From an uncultured Chloroflexia bacterium (GTDB lineage: Bacteria; Chloroflexota; Limnocylindria; Limnocylindrales; CSP1-4), in NCBI GenBank assembly GCA_963813335.1, contig CAWEYL010000003.1, positions 288,001 through 352,000 on the forward strand: a stretch of DNA of 64,000 nucleotides, given 5' to 3'. The position numbers and the translations under genes were made by a program. Of this stretch, positions 24,520-33,777 are shown one piece after another. A model generated the notes under the pieces. That model saw only the letters and a list, made by a program, of their open reading frames with translations. It ran no database searches and was not told the DNA's origin. Each line of letters begins with the position of its first letter. The first letter of the stretch is position 1.

Positions 24520-25344
24520 TCAGCGGCGCACGGCTCCCGCGGTGAACCCCTCGATGATCCGGCGTTGCAGGACGAGGAACAGGAGGAGCGGCGGGATGAG
24601 CACGACCGCCATCCCGGCGAACGTCAACCCCTGGTCCGTCGTGTAGACAGTCGAGAATCGGCTGAGGGCGAGTGGCGCCGTCAAGGAATCCGGCTTCTGG
24701 AGAAGCACGAGTGCGCCTCCGAAGTCGTTCCAGGTGAACACCGCCACGAGCACGGCGACGGCGAGGATCCCCGGCCGCGCGAGTGGGACCACGATCCGCA
24801 GCAGGACGTCCACCCGGCCGGCGCCGTCGACCCGAGCCGCGTCGATGACGTCGCGGGGGATCGTTCGAAGGAAGCCCGTGAGGATCACCGTGGCGAACGA
24901 GACACTCGTGACCACGTCGATCAGCGCGAGGCCCGTCAGGCTGTTGATCAATCCGAGCGATCGGAACATCGAGAACAGCGGGACGACGAGCACATCGGTC
25001 GGGATGATCAATGGCGCCAGGATCGCGATGAAGAGCAGCGCCCGACCCGGTGGCCGCAGGAGCGTGAGCGCGTAGGCCCCGCTGACCGCCAGGATCAGGA
25101 CGACGACCACGGTCAGCGCCGTCACATAGGCCGAGTTCGCCAGCGCCATGCCGAGTCCGGCACGGCCCCACGCCTCGCCGATGTTCCCGATCGCCGGCGG
25201 CCATGGCACGTCCCACGGCGCGCGGTAGATGTCGGCACTCGACCGGACCGCGTTCGCCAGCGTCCAGATCAGCGGATACAGCCAAAGGATGGCCAGGACG
25301 GTGAGCAGCACGACGGGCCACCGGCGGCGGAGCAGGCTGCTCAT
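24520..25344 (-). CDS. Carbohydrate ABC transporter permease (MalG-like)
   Basis: IPRDVIDAARVDGA EAA loop; WNDF; multiple TM helices. Confidence 0.92.
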   Translation of the reverse strand: MSSLLRRRWPVVLLTVLAILWLYPLIWTLANAVRSSADIYRAPWDVPWPPAIGNIGEAWGRAGLGMALANSAYVTALTVVVVLILAVSGAYALTLLRPPGRALLFIAILAPLIIPTDVLVVPLFSMFRSLGLINSLTGLALIDVVTSVSFATVILTGFLRTIPRDVIDAARVDGAGRVDVLLRIVVPLARPGILAVAVLVAVFTWNDFGGALVLLQKPDSLTAPLALSRFSTVYTTDQGLTFAGMAVVLIPPLLLFLVLQRRIIEGFTAGAVRR

Positions 25345-26279
25345 GGTCTCGCCATCTCGGCTCGGCGATCCATGATCCGGTACTCCACGACCGCGAGCAG
25401 CAGGATCAGGACCAGCAGGATCATGGCCATCGCCTGCGCGGAGCCGACCTGCAGGAAGCGGAATGCAGTCGTGTAGATGTCGGTCGCGACGGTCTCGGTG
25501 GCGTGCGACGGACCGCCCTCGGTCATGACCCAGACCATGTCGAAGATCCGCAGGCTCCCGATGGTGGTCAACAGGACCACCGCGAAGGTCTGCGGCCACA
25601 GCAGCGGCCAGGTGATCAGGCGGAGTCGCTGGAACCGGCTGGCGCCCTCCAGCACGGCGTACTCGTCGTACGCTCGCGGCAGCGCCTGGATCGCCGCGAC
25701 GTACACGACCATGACCAGGCCCGAGAACCGCCACAGGAAGACGGCCATGATGGCCCAGAGCGCCGTGTCCGCGTCCGACAGCGGCGCGATGGCGAGGGCA
25801 TCGAACCCCAGGGCCGACCCGACCGTCGCCGCGATCCCGAAGTACGGCGCGTACAGGAACTTCCACACCGCGCCGACCGCGACTGGCGCAAGGACGAACG
25901 GCGCGAAGAACGCGAACGTGAAGAAGGTCCGTCCGCGCTTCACGTCGCCCAGGAGGACGGCGAGCCCCAAGCCGAGGCCCGTCTGGAGCACGACGGCCAC
26001 AGCGGTGAACAGGAACGTGTTCAGCAGGCTTCGCTGGAACACCGCATCGCCGAAGATCAGGCGTGCGTAGTGTTCGAGCCCGACGAACCCGGTGAGGACG
26101 AAGCCCGTCGTGTCATGCACGCTGAGCACGACGCCATAGACGAGCGGGTAGACGAGGAATCCGGTCAGGAGCACGAGGGTCGGCAGAAGGAACAGCAGGT
26201 CGATGGCGCGTTCGCGGCCCGCACGGCCGAGGAACCCCGGACTGGACCGGTGCTCCGGACGAATCCCCTGGACCATCAT
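25341..26279 (-). CDS. Carbohydrate ABC transporter permease (MalF-like)
   Basis: FVGLEHY, EYAVLEGAS, TEGGPSHATET; multiple TM helices. Confidence 0.92.
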   Translation of the reverse strand: MMVQGIRPEHRSSPGFLGRAGRERAIDLLFLLPTLVLLTGFLVYPLVYGVVLSVHDTTGFVLTGFVGLEHYARLIFGDAVFQRSLLNTFLFTAVAVVLQTGLGLGLAVLLGDVKRGRTFFTFAFFAPFVLAPVAVGAVWKFLYAPYFGIAATVGSALGFDALAIAPLSDADTALWAIMAVFLWRFSGLVMVVYVAAIQALPRAYDEYAVLEGASRFQRLRLITWPLLWPQTFAVVLLTTIGSLRIFDMVWVMTEGGPSHATETVATDIYTTAFRFLQVGSAQAMAMILLVLILLLAVVEYRIMDRRAEMARP

Positions 26280-26389
26280 GGCTCCCGAGCGGGATATGAG
26301 CGCCCGAACCATACTCGGTCGACACGGGACCCGACCAAGCAGCTGGCTTGTCCGGTTCCTCGAACGACCCACGTCAATGGTGAAGGGCC

Positions 26390-27784
26390 TTGCTGAAGCC
26401 GCCTGGATCGACGCTCGACGGCACGTGGACGCGGCTGCGCGGTCGCCGCGAGGTCCTGAAGCTGGGCGCCGTCATGGCCGCGGGTGGCATGGTCGCCCCG
26501 CTGCTCGCGGCGTGCGCCGCGCCGGACCGAAGCGGAGTGACGCAGAGCGGGAACGCCGTGGCGGGCTCCATCACCGTCCTCGGCGAAGCCGGCGATCCGC
26601 GCACGGAGCCGGCGCTCCAACAGGTCTACGAGGACTTCAGGACGCAGCATCCGGGCGTCGAGTGGGACATCCGGACGATCCCGGCCATCGGGGCCGAGTG
26701 GGACCGGCTGGCGCGCGCGGCGCTGACGTCCGGTGAGCCGGTGGGGCTGATCCTGATCGATGGGCTGTACGTACGAGCGTGGACCCGCGATGGCCTGCTC
26801 GCGGACCTCGGGGCGGACCCGAGACTGGCCGACGTGCTCGCGCGAGTCCCTACGCATTTCCAGCTGGGTGGTGTCGGCGAGACGACGTCGCGGGCCGTTC
26901 CCCTCGCACTGAGCAGCGGCCTGCAGACGACCGGCCTGTACCACAACAAGGCGCTGCTCGACCAGGCCGGCCTGGCCGTGCCGCGGACGATCGCCGACCT
27001 CAAGGCCATGGTCCAGCCGCTCGCCGCGCTGGGTGCGGCGCCGCTCGTCCACTGCTCCGGTGATGCGGCATTCAATCCCCTGCTCGTCATGTGGCTGCTC
27101 CCGATGATCGCGGGGCGGGCCGGCGACCCGGTCGCGTTCGTCGAACGCACGATCAAGGGCGAGGTCGGCTACGACAGCCCCGAATGGATCGAGACCTTCC
27201 AGACCATCGCCGACCTCCGAACCTCCGGCGTCCTGCTGGCGGGGTCTGGTGCGACGGACTACGCGACGATGCAGCTCCTCTTCCTGCAGGGCAAGGCCGC
27301 CATGACCTACAACGGCACCTGGATGCTCGCCCAACTGCTCGCCGGTTCACCGAGTGTCGCCTTCGACCTGCACGTCGCGCCGCTTCCGCTCGTCGACGGG
27401 GCCTCGAAGGCTCGATCCATCCTTGCCTGGACCGGCTTCGCGATGCCGGCCAGGGCCGCGGCGAGCGGCGACAGCGTAGCGGCGTTCCTCGAATATGCGA
27501 GCCGCCCGGCGGTCGACCGATCCGTGGTCCAGGGCATGCAGGTCTATTCACCGATCGCCGCGTCGAATACCGCGATCGAGAATGACATCGCCCAGGAGTT
27601 CCTCCCGATGCTCGAAGACGCGATCATGTCGCTCAACTGGCTCTGGGAGCCGGAGATCGACGCAGAGATCGCCGACCAGGTCCAGGCCCTCGTGAAGGGC
27701 GACACCGACCCGGCGTCGGTCGGGAAGGCGATCCAGGCCGTCGCCGAGGGACTGCGTTCATCGGGTCGCAGCTACTACCCTTGA
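26390..27784 (+). CDS. Carbohydrate ABC substrate-binding lipoprotein (Tat signal)
   Basis: GRREVLK Tat motif, LAAC lipobox, YHNKALLDQAG, FLQGKAAM..NGTW. Confidence 0.88.
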   Translation: MLKPPGSTLDGTWTRLRGRREVLKLGAVMAAGGMVAPLLAACAAPDRSGVTQSGNAVAGSITVLGEAGDPRTEPALQQVYEDFRTQHPGVEWDIRTIPAIGAEWDRLARAALTSGEPVGLILIDGLYVRAWTRDGLLADLGADPRLADVLARVPTHFQLGGVGETTSRAVPLALSSGLQTTGLYHNKALLDQAGLAVPRTIADLKAMVQPLAALGAAPLVHCSGDAAFNPLLVMWLLPMIAGRAGDPVAFVERTIKGEVGYDSPEWIETFQTIADLRTSGVLLAGSGATDYATMQLLFLQGKAAMTYNGTWMLAQLLAGSPSVAFDLHVAPLPLVDGASKARSILAWTGFAMPARAAASGDSVAAFLEYASRPAVDRSVVQGMQVYSPIAASNTAIENDIAQEFLPMLEDAIMSLNWLWEPEIDAEIADQVQALVKGDTDPASVGKAIQAVAEGLRSSGRSYYP

Positions 27785-27839
27785 CCCCGAGCGCGCGGCT
27801 ACCTGGCGATCGGATGCGCGCCGCGATGGACGGAGGGGC

Positions 27840-30587
27840 GTGACAGGCTCGCTGCTCGAAACGAAGTTCTACGCGCCGAGGCGGCGTAGCGGCCTGGTGC
27901 CGCGACCTCATCTGACCGAGCGACTCCGCAGCGGGACCCGGTCGAGGCTCACGCTCGTATCGGCCCCGGCCGGCTTCGGCAAGTCGACGCTCATGGCCGA
28001 GTGGCTGGCCGCTCCTGCCGACGGATCGGTCACCGCGTGGCTCTCGCTCGATCCCGGCGACAACAATCCCGATGCGTTCTGGACCCACCTGATCGCGGCG
28101 CTGCAGACCGCGGTGCCCACGGTCGGCGCGGGGGCGCTGACGCTGCTCGATTCGCCGCACCGGTCCATCGAGGCCGTGCTCGCCCCGCTGCTCAACGACC
28201 TGAATGCGCTCCCGCACGAGGTCGTCCTGGTCCTTGACGACTATCACGTGATCGAGTCGCCCGACATCCAGGCCGGCATGGCGTTCCTGCTCGAGCATCT
28301 GCCCCCGCACCTGCACATCGTGATCGCGACACGCGCCGATCCGGCGCTCCCGCTCGCTCGGTTCCGCGCGCGCGGCGACCTGGTCGAGGTCCGAGCCGCC
28401 GACCTGCGCTTCACGCCCGACGAGGCCGACCAGTTCCTCAATGGGGTCATGGCACTCGGCGTGTCGGCCCACGATGTCGCGGTCCTCGAGGGCCGGACCG
28501 AAGGCTGGATCGCGGCGATCCAGCTCGCCGGCCTTTCGATGCAGGGACGAGACGACATCGAGGGCTTCATCGCGCGCTTCGCCGGCGACGATCGATACAT
28601 CGTCGACTACCTCGTCGAAGAGGTCCTGCAGCGCCAGCCCGGACCGGTCCGAACGTTCCTGCTGGAGACCTCGATCCTTGGCAGCCTCACTGGCGCGTTG
28701 ACCGATGCCGTGACCGGCCAGGACGGCGGCAAGGCCATGTTGGAGGCGCTCGAGCGGCAGAACCTGTTCCTCATCCCGTTGGATGACCGCCGCGATCGGT
28801 ATCGCTACCACCACCTGTTCGCGGACGTGCTCCAGGCGCGTCTCCGCGATGAGCGACCCGAGCGCGTGGCGGGCCTCCATCGGCGCGCGACCGAGTGGTA
28901 CGAGCAGAACGGCGAACGGGCCGAGGCGATCCGCCACGCGTTGGCCGGCGGGGACCTCGCGCGAGCCGCGGACCTCGTCGAGCTCGCGCTGCCGGCAGCC
29001 ACCCGCGAGCGGCAGGATGCGACGCTCCGTCGGTGGCTGGAAGCGCTCCCCGACGAGGTGATCCGGGCACGGCCCGTGCTGAGCAATGGGTATGCCGGGT
29101 CCATCCTGGTGCGGGGCGAGACCGAGGGCGTCGAGGCCCGCCTCCGAGACGCCGAGCGCTGGCTGGACGTAGCGGCCCCGAGGCGCAGGGAGACCGGCGG
29201 ATCTGCGACCGAGATGGTCGTCCTCGATGAGGGCGCGTTCCGCACGCTGCCGGCCAGGATCGCCATGCACCGGGCCGGGCTGGCGCGACTCCGCGGTGAC
29301 GTCGCCGGGACCATCGCCCATGCTCGCCGGACGCTGGAGCTCGTCGGCGATGACGACGACCTCGGCCGTGGAGCGGCATCGACGCTCCTCGCGCTCGCGT
29401 ACTGGACCGATGGGGATCTGGAGGCAGCCACCGACCTGTATGCCGGGGCCATGACCCGCTTCGAGAGGGCGGGGTATCGTTCCGACGCGACCGGGCTCGC
29501 CCTCGGCCTGGCCGACATCCGCATCGCGCAGGGCCGTCTCCACGACGCGATGAGCATCTACGAGCGGGGCCTGGAGATCGCTAGCGGCCCGGGCGCGATC
29601 GTCCAGCGGGGCGCAGCGGACATGCACGTCGGCATCAGCGAGATCCTGCTCCAGCGCGACGACCTGGCTGGCGCCGTGCACCATCTGCACAGGGCCGCGG
29701 ATCTGGGCGAGGCGAACGGCCTGCCGCAGCACCCCTACCGGTCGCGCGTGGCCGCCGCAGCGATCCGGCAGGTGGAAGGCGACCCCGAGGCAGCCCTCCG
29801 GCTCCTGGCCGAGGCGCGTCGCCTGTACTTCAGCGACTTCTCGCCGGACGTGCGCCCCGTCGAAGCCCTCATAGCCCGGGCCTGGATCTCGACGGGGAGG
29901 CTTTCGGAGGCGAGGGGCTGGGCGCGCGAGCGCGGGCTGGCGACAGCCGATGACCTCGACTATGTCCGTGAGTTCGAGCACGTGACCCTCGCCAGGCTGA
30001 TCCTCGCGGAGGGCGTTCGCGACCGCTCCGATGACAAGCTCGGTGCGGCGACCGAGCTCTTGGGCCGCCTGCTCACCGCCGCGGAGGACGGCGCGAGGAC
30101 CGGGAGCGTGATCGAGATCCTGGTCGTCCAAGGGATCGCTCGTCGTGCTGGCAACGACATGCCGGGCGCCCTTGCGTCGCTGGAGCGGGCAGTGGCACTG
30201 GCCGAGCCCGAGGGCCATGTCCGGGTGTTCCTCGACGAGGGCGCGCCGATGACCGCTCTGCTGAAGGTGGCAGCGAAGCAGCGGGACGCCGCGGAGCATG
30301 TGCGTCGCCTCCTCATCGCCGCCAGTGCGACCGATGGCGGGACGGCCGTCGCCCAGCCGCTGATCGAACCACTCAGCGACCGGGAGCTCGAGGTCCTGCG
30401 CTTCCTCGACAGCGACCTCGATGGCCCCGACATCGCCCGCGAGCTCTCGGTATCGCTGGCCACCGTGCGGACCCACACCAGGAACGTCTACGCCAAGCTC
30501 GGCGTGAACAGCCGTCGGGCGGCCGTCAGCCGTGCCGCCGAGCTCGGCCTGCTCTCGCGCACCCGGGACCGCCGACCCGTCGATTGA
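27840..30587 (+). CDS. MalT-like large ATP-binding LuxR regulator
   Basis: APAGFGKST Walker A, LVLDDYH, TEGWIAAIQL, YRYHHLFAD, C-terminal LuxR HTH (LSDRELEVL..TVRTH). Confidence 0.93.
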   Translation: MTGSLLETKFYAPRRRSGLVPRPHLTERLRSGTRSRLTLVSAPAGFGKSTLMAEWLAAPADGSVTAWLSLDPGDNNPDAFWTHLIAALQTAVPTVGAGALTLLDSPHRSIEAVLAPLLNDLNALPHEVVLVLDDYHVIESPDIQAGMAFLLEHLPPHLHIVIATRADPALPLARFRARGDLVEVRAADLRFTPDEADQFLNGVMALGVSAHDVAVLEGRTEGWIAAIQLAGLSMQGRDDIEGFIARFAGDDRYIVDYLVEEVLQRQPGPVRTFLLETSILGSLTGALTDAVTGQDGGKAMLEALERQNLFLIPLDDRRDRYRYHHLFADVLQARLRDERPERVAGLHRRATEWYEQNGERAEAIRHALAGGDLARAADLVELALPAATRERQDATLRRWLEALPDEVIRARPVLSNGYAGSILVRGETEGVEARLRDAERWLDVAAPRRRETGGSATEMVVLDEGAFRTLPARIAMHRAGLARLRGDVAGTIAHARRTLELVGDDDDLGRGAASTLLALAYWTDGDLEAATDLYAGAMTRFERAGYRSDATGLALGLADIRIAQGRLHDAMSIYERGLEIASGPGAIVQRGAADMHVGISEILLQRDDLAGAVHHLHRAADLGEANGLPQHPYRSRVAAAAIRQVEGDPEAALRLLAEARRLYFSDFSPDVRPVEALIARAWISTGRLSEARGWARERGLATADDLDYVREFEHVTLARLILAEGVRDRSDDKLGAATELLGRLLTAAEDGARTGSVIEILVVQGIARRAGNDMPGALASLERAVALAEPEGHVRVFLDEGAPMTALLKVAAKQRDAAEHVRRLLIAASATDGGTAVAQPLIEPLSDRELEVLRFLDSDLDGPDIARELSVSLATVRTHTRNVYAKLGVNSRRAAVSRAAELGLLSRTRDRRPVD

Positions 30588-30619
30588 TCGTCCGCGACGG
30601 CTGCACGGCGCCGCGAGAT

Positions 30620-30661
30620 TCATCACCCCACTCATCACGTGTGGTGATGCGCGCTCATCAC
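30620..30661 (+). promoter_or_regulatory. TCATCAC repeat/palindrome, putative operator for the MalT-like regulator
   Basis: TCATCAC at 30620, 30632 and 30655, plus CATCAC-GTGTG-GTGATG inverted repeat, upstream of the downstream operon. Confidence 0.55.
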
Positions 30662-30742
30662 ATCCGCCTCCACGGTGTTCCCAGAGACCCACGCCGGCAT
30701 GGCCGGTCAGCGGTCCAGTTGGCAACACGCACGAGGAGCGGG

Positions 30743-31018
30743 ATGACCGAACGACACGCCACGACTGGGGACCCGTACGAGTCCGGACGCTATGAGATCC
30801 GGCTCGCGGGCCACCTCGACGCGCGCTGGGCGTCGTGGTTCGACGGGATGACCGTCAGCCACGAGGACAGCGGGATCACCGCCATCAGCGGCCAGATCGC
30901 CGATCAGGCAGCACTCCACGGCCTGCTCCAGCGGGTGCGTGACCTGGGCCTGCCACTCATCTCGGTCGAGCGGGTCGAACTCGACCGGCCCGACCTTCCC
31001 ACCCACGACCCTCACTGA
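30743..31018 (+). CDS. Conserved small hypothetical protein (typical neighbour of MalT-like regulators)
   Basis: YEIRLAGHLDARWASWFDGM..DQAALHGLLQRVRDLGLPLISV; GAGGAG RBS. Confidence 0.85.
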   Translation: MTERHATTGDPYESGRYEIRLAGHLDARWASWFDGMTVSHEDSGITAISGQIADQAALHGLLQRVRDLGLPLISVERVELDRPDLPTHDPH

Positions 31019-31043
31019 CACGCTTCAAGAAAGGGACACTGAC

Positions 31044-31838
31044 ATGGCTCTCCCCACGCGAACCTCAGCGATGAGCTCGATGCGGAAGACCGCGTTCGTC
31101 GCGGGCGTCCTGTACCTGCTCACGTTCCTCAGCTCCATCCCGGCCGTCTTCCTCCAGGCGCCGGTCCTCAACGATCCCAACTTCATCATCGGCGGCGCCG
31201 GTCTCGACACCCAGGTCCGCCTCGGCGCCCTCTTCGACATCGTCAACAGCCTCACCGCCATCGGCACCGCCGTGGCGCTCTACGCCGTCATCAGGCGCCA
31301 GAGCCCGAGCTTCGCGATCGGCTTCGTCAGCTCGCGACTGTTCGAAGGCACGGTCCTCATGATCGGCGTCATCAGCATCCTGTCGATCGTGACCCTGCAG
31401 CAGCCGGGCGCGACCGGCGCCGAGGCCACCCTGCTGGTCAGCATCCAGCACACCCTCGTCACTGTCCGCAATTGGACCTTCGTCCTCGGGACCGGCGTTC
31501 CCGCCCTCAACGCCGTCATGCTCGGCTGGATCATGTACAAGTCGCGGCTCGTCCCGCGGGCGATCCCGACGCTCGGGCTGATCGGCGCCCCGCTGTTCAC
31601 GTCCTGGATCATCGGCTACATCCTCGGCGTCACCGAGGCCGGCACCACCTGGCACGCCCTCGGGGTCGCCCCGATCTTCTTCTGGGAGCTGTCCATCGGC
31701 CTGTGGATGACGTTCAAGGGCTTCCGCAAGGACGCGCCGATCATGGTCGCGGCCGCCGCGGAGGACGCAGGCCTCGACGGCTCGGCCAGCGTCGCCCGCT
31801 CGACGATCGGCGTCGCGGCCAACGCGGGTGCGGCGTGA
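31044..31838 (+). CDS. DUF4386 membrane protein
   Basis: AGVLYLLTF, YKSRLVPRAIP.LGLIG, PIFFWELSIGLW. Confidence 0.85.
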   Translation: MALPTRTSAMSSMRKTAFVAGVLYLLTFLSSIPAVFLQAPVLNDPNFIIGGAGLDTQVRLGALFDIVNSLTAIGTAVALYAVIRRQSPSFAIGFVSSRLFEGTVLMIGVISILSIVTLQQPGATGAEATLLVSIQHTLVTVRNWTFVLGTGVPALNAVMLGWIMYKSRLVPRAIPTLGLIGAPLFTSWIIGYILGVTEAGTTWHALGVAPIFFWELSIGLWMTFKGFRKDAPIMVAAAAEDAGLDGSASVARSTIGVAANAGAA

Positions 31839-32338
31839 CCGCCATCCGCGAGGGGGCGCCGCGGACCCCGCCGCGCCCCCTCGTCCGCACCTTCTGGTTG
31901 CTGCACCGCGCGGCCTACCGGGTCACCGGGGGAGGCTTCGGCCTCTCCCAGCCGGTGACCGGCAGCAAGTTCGGGATGCTCCGCCTCACCTCGGTGGGGC
32001 GGCGCACCGGGCAGGCGCGGGTCGCGATCATCGGCTACTACGAGGACGGCCCGAACCTCGTCACCCTGGCCATGAACGGCTGGGGGGAGAAGGAGCCCGC
32101 CTGGTGGCTGAACCTCCAGGCGCGGCCCGACACGACGGTCGACCTTCCGGGCGAGACGCGCGCCGTCCGGGCCCGCGCGGCGGTCGGCGAGGAACGCGAC
32201 CGGTTGTGGGCGACCTTTAGCGACTATCCCGGCTGGGGCGACGACATCGGCGCCCTCGCCGCGCGCCGACCGACGGAGACGGCGGTCGTCGTGTTCGAGC
32301 CCCGGGCCGCCGGCGCCGGGATCGGGGCCGCGTCATGA
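31835..32338 (+). CDS. Nitroreductase-family deazaflavin (F420)-dependent oxidoreductase
   Basis: LTSVGRRTGQ.R, AMNGWG..EPAWWLNLQA.P, EERDRLW. Confidence 0.85.
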   Translation: MTAIREGAPRTPPRPLVRTFWLLHRAAYRVTGGGFGLSQPVTGSKFGMLRLTSVGRRTGQARVAIIGYYEDGPNLVTLAMNGWGEKEPAWWLNLQARPDTTVDLPGETRAVRARAAVGEERDRLWATFSDYPGWGDDIGALAARRPTETAVVVFEPRAAGAGIGAAS

Positions 32339-32742
32339 CCGCCATCGTCCTGCGCCGCCCGGGCCGCCTCGCTGTCCGACATCTCTGGCTCATCCCGGGG
32401 ATCGCCCTCGGGATCTACGCCAACATGGTCGCAGGGCAGCATGCCCTCGGGCTGGTGCCGGTCCTGGTCTTCGGGATCGTCCCCCACCTCGCGGTCTTCG
32501 CCGGGACGGGCCAGCCACACGCCGCGGGCCAGCTCGCACCCCGTGCCGTGCCGCTCTACAACGCGATGCACCGGCCGGCGCTGCCGCTGGCTCTCCTCGC
32601 GGTCGCCGCGGTCGGCATCCTCCCGCCGTTCTGGCTCGTGGGCGCCCTCGCGTGGCTGGGGCACATCGTGGCCGACCAGGGCGTCGGCAAGGGGCTGCGG
32701 ACGCCCGATGGCTGGCGCCGCCCGCTGTGGCTCGAGCGATGA
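32335..32742 (+). CDS. DUF4260-like membrane protein
   Basis: LYNAMH, AWLGHIVADQGVGKGLR resembles DUF4260. Confidence 0.65.
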   Translation: MTAIVLRRPGRLAVRHLWLIPGIALGIYANMVAGQHALGLVPVLVFGIVPHLAVFAGTGQPHAAGQLAPRAVPLYNAMHRPALPLALLAVAAVGILPPFWLVGALAWLGHIVADQGVGKGLRTPDGWRRPLWLER

Positions 32743-33674
32743 CGTCGCCGTCGATCGCGTACGACGTGGTCGTGGTCGGCGGGGGGGCGGCCGGCCTGAG
32801 CGCCGCGCTCGTGCTGGGCCGGGCCCGGCGACGGGTCGCGGTGGTCGACGCCGGCGCGCCTCGCAACGCGCCGGCGGCCCACATGCAGGGCTTCCTGTCC
32901 CGCGACGGGATGCCACCGGCCGAGCTCCTGGCCGCCGGCCGTGCCGAGGTCCACGGATATGGCGTGGACCTGATCGAGGATCGGGTCGCGGCCATCGATC
33001 TCGGGTTCACGGTCCGCCTCGCCGGCGGTCGCGAGCTGGTCGCGCGTCGGATCCTCGTCGCCACCGGCGTCCGAGACGAGCTGCCGGACATCAGCGGCGT
33101 CCGGGAGCGCTGGGGCCGGGACCTGCTCCACTGCCCGTACTGCCACGGCTGGGAGGTCCGCGATCAGCCGATCGGCGTCCTGGGCACGAACCCGGGCGCG
33201 GTCCAGCACGCGCTCCTGGTCCGGCAGTGGTCCGACGACGTCGTCCTCTTCGCCCATATGCTCGAGCTGGGTGCGGACGAGCTCGAACAGCTCCACGCCC
33301 GAGGCGTGCAGGTCGTGGGCGGGGCGGTCGCCCGGCTCGTGATCGAGAACGACCAGCTGACCGGCGTCGAGCTGGCCGGCGGTCAGGTCGTCCCGCGCGC
33401 GGCCGTCTTCATCCGGCCTGTCAACGTGCCGCATGCGGACGGGCTGTTGGCGGGTCTCGGTGTCGAGGTCGATGCCGGCGGTTTCGCGATCGTCGACGCG
33501 GTCGGTCGCACGAGCACGCCCGGCGTCTGGGCCGCCGGCAACGTCGCGGATCCGCGCGCCCAGGTGATCACCTCCGCGGGCATGGGATCCGCTGCGGCGA
33601 TCGCCATCAACGCCGACCTCGTGCAGGACGACGTCGCAACGGCCGTCGAGGACCTGGTACCCCGGCGTCCTTGA
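32739..33674 (+). CDS. Thioredoxin-reductase-like NAD(P)/FAD oxidoreductase
   Basis: VGGGAAGLSAAL.LGR, HCPYCHGWE, TSTPGVWAAGN. Confidence 0.9.
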   Translation: MTSPSIAYDVVVVGGGAAGLSAALVLGRARRRVAVVDAGAPRNAPAAHMQGFLSRDGMPPAELLAAGRAEVHGYGVDLIEDRVAAIDLGFTVRLAGGRELVARRILVATGVRDELPDISGVRERWGRDLLHCPYCHGWEVRDQPIGVLGTNPGAVQHALLVRQWSDDVVLFAHMLELGADELEQLHARGVQVVGGAVARLVIENDQLTGVELAGGQVVPRAAVFIRPVNVPHADGLLAGLGVEVDAGGFAIVDAVGRTSTPGVWAAGNVADPRAQVITSAGMGSAAAIAINADLVQDDVATAVEDLVPRRP

Positions 33675-33777
33675 GGGTCGGTGATGGATCACCGAGCGTC
33701 ACCCGGCGCGAGCGGATGCGGGTCGATCGCGATCCGGTCTTGACAGCGGACCGACTCCAAGGTCTACGGTTCGCGCC

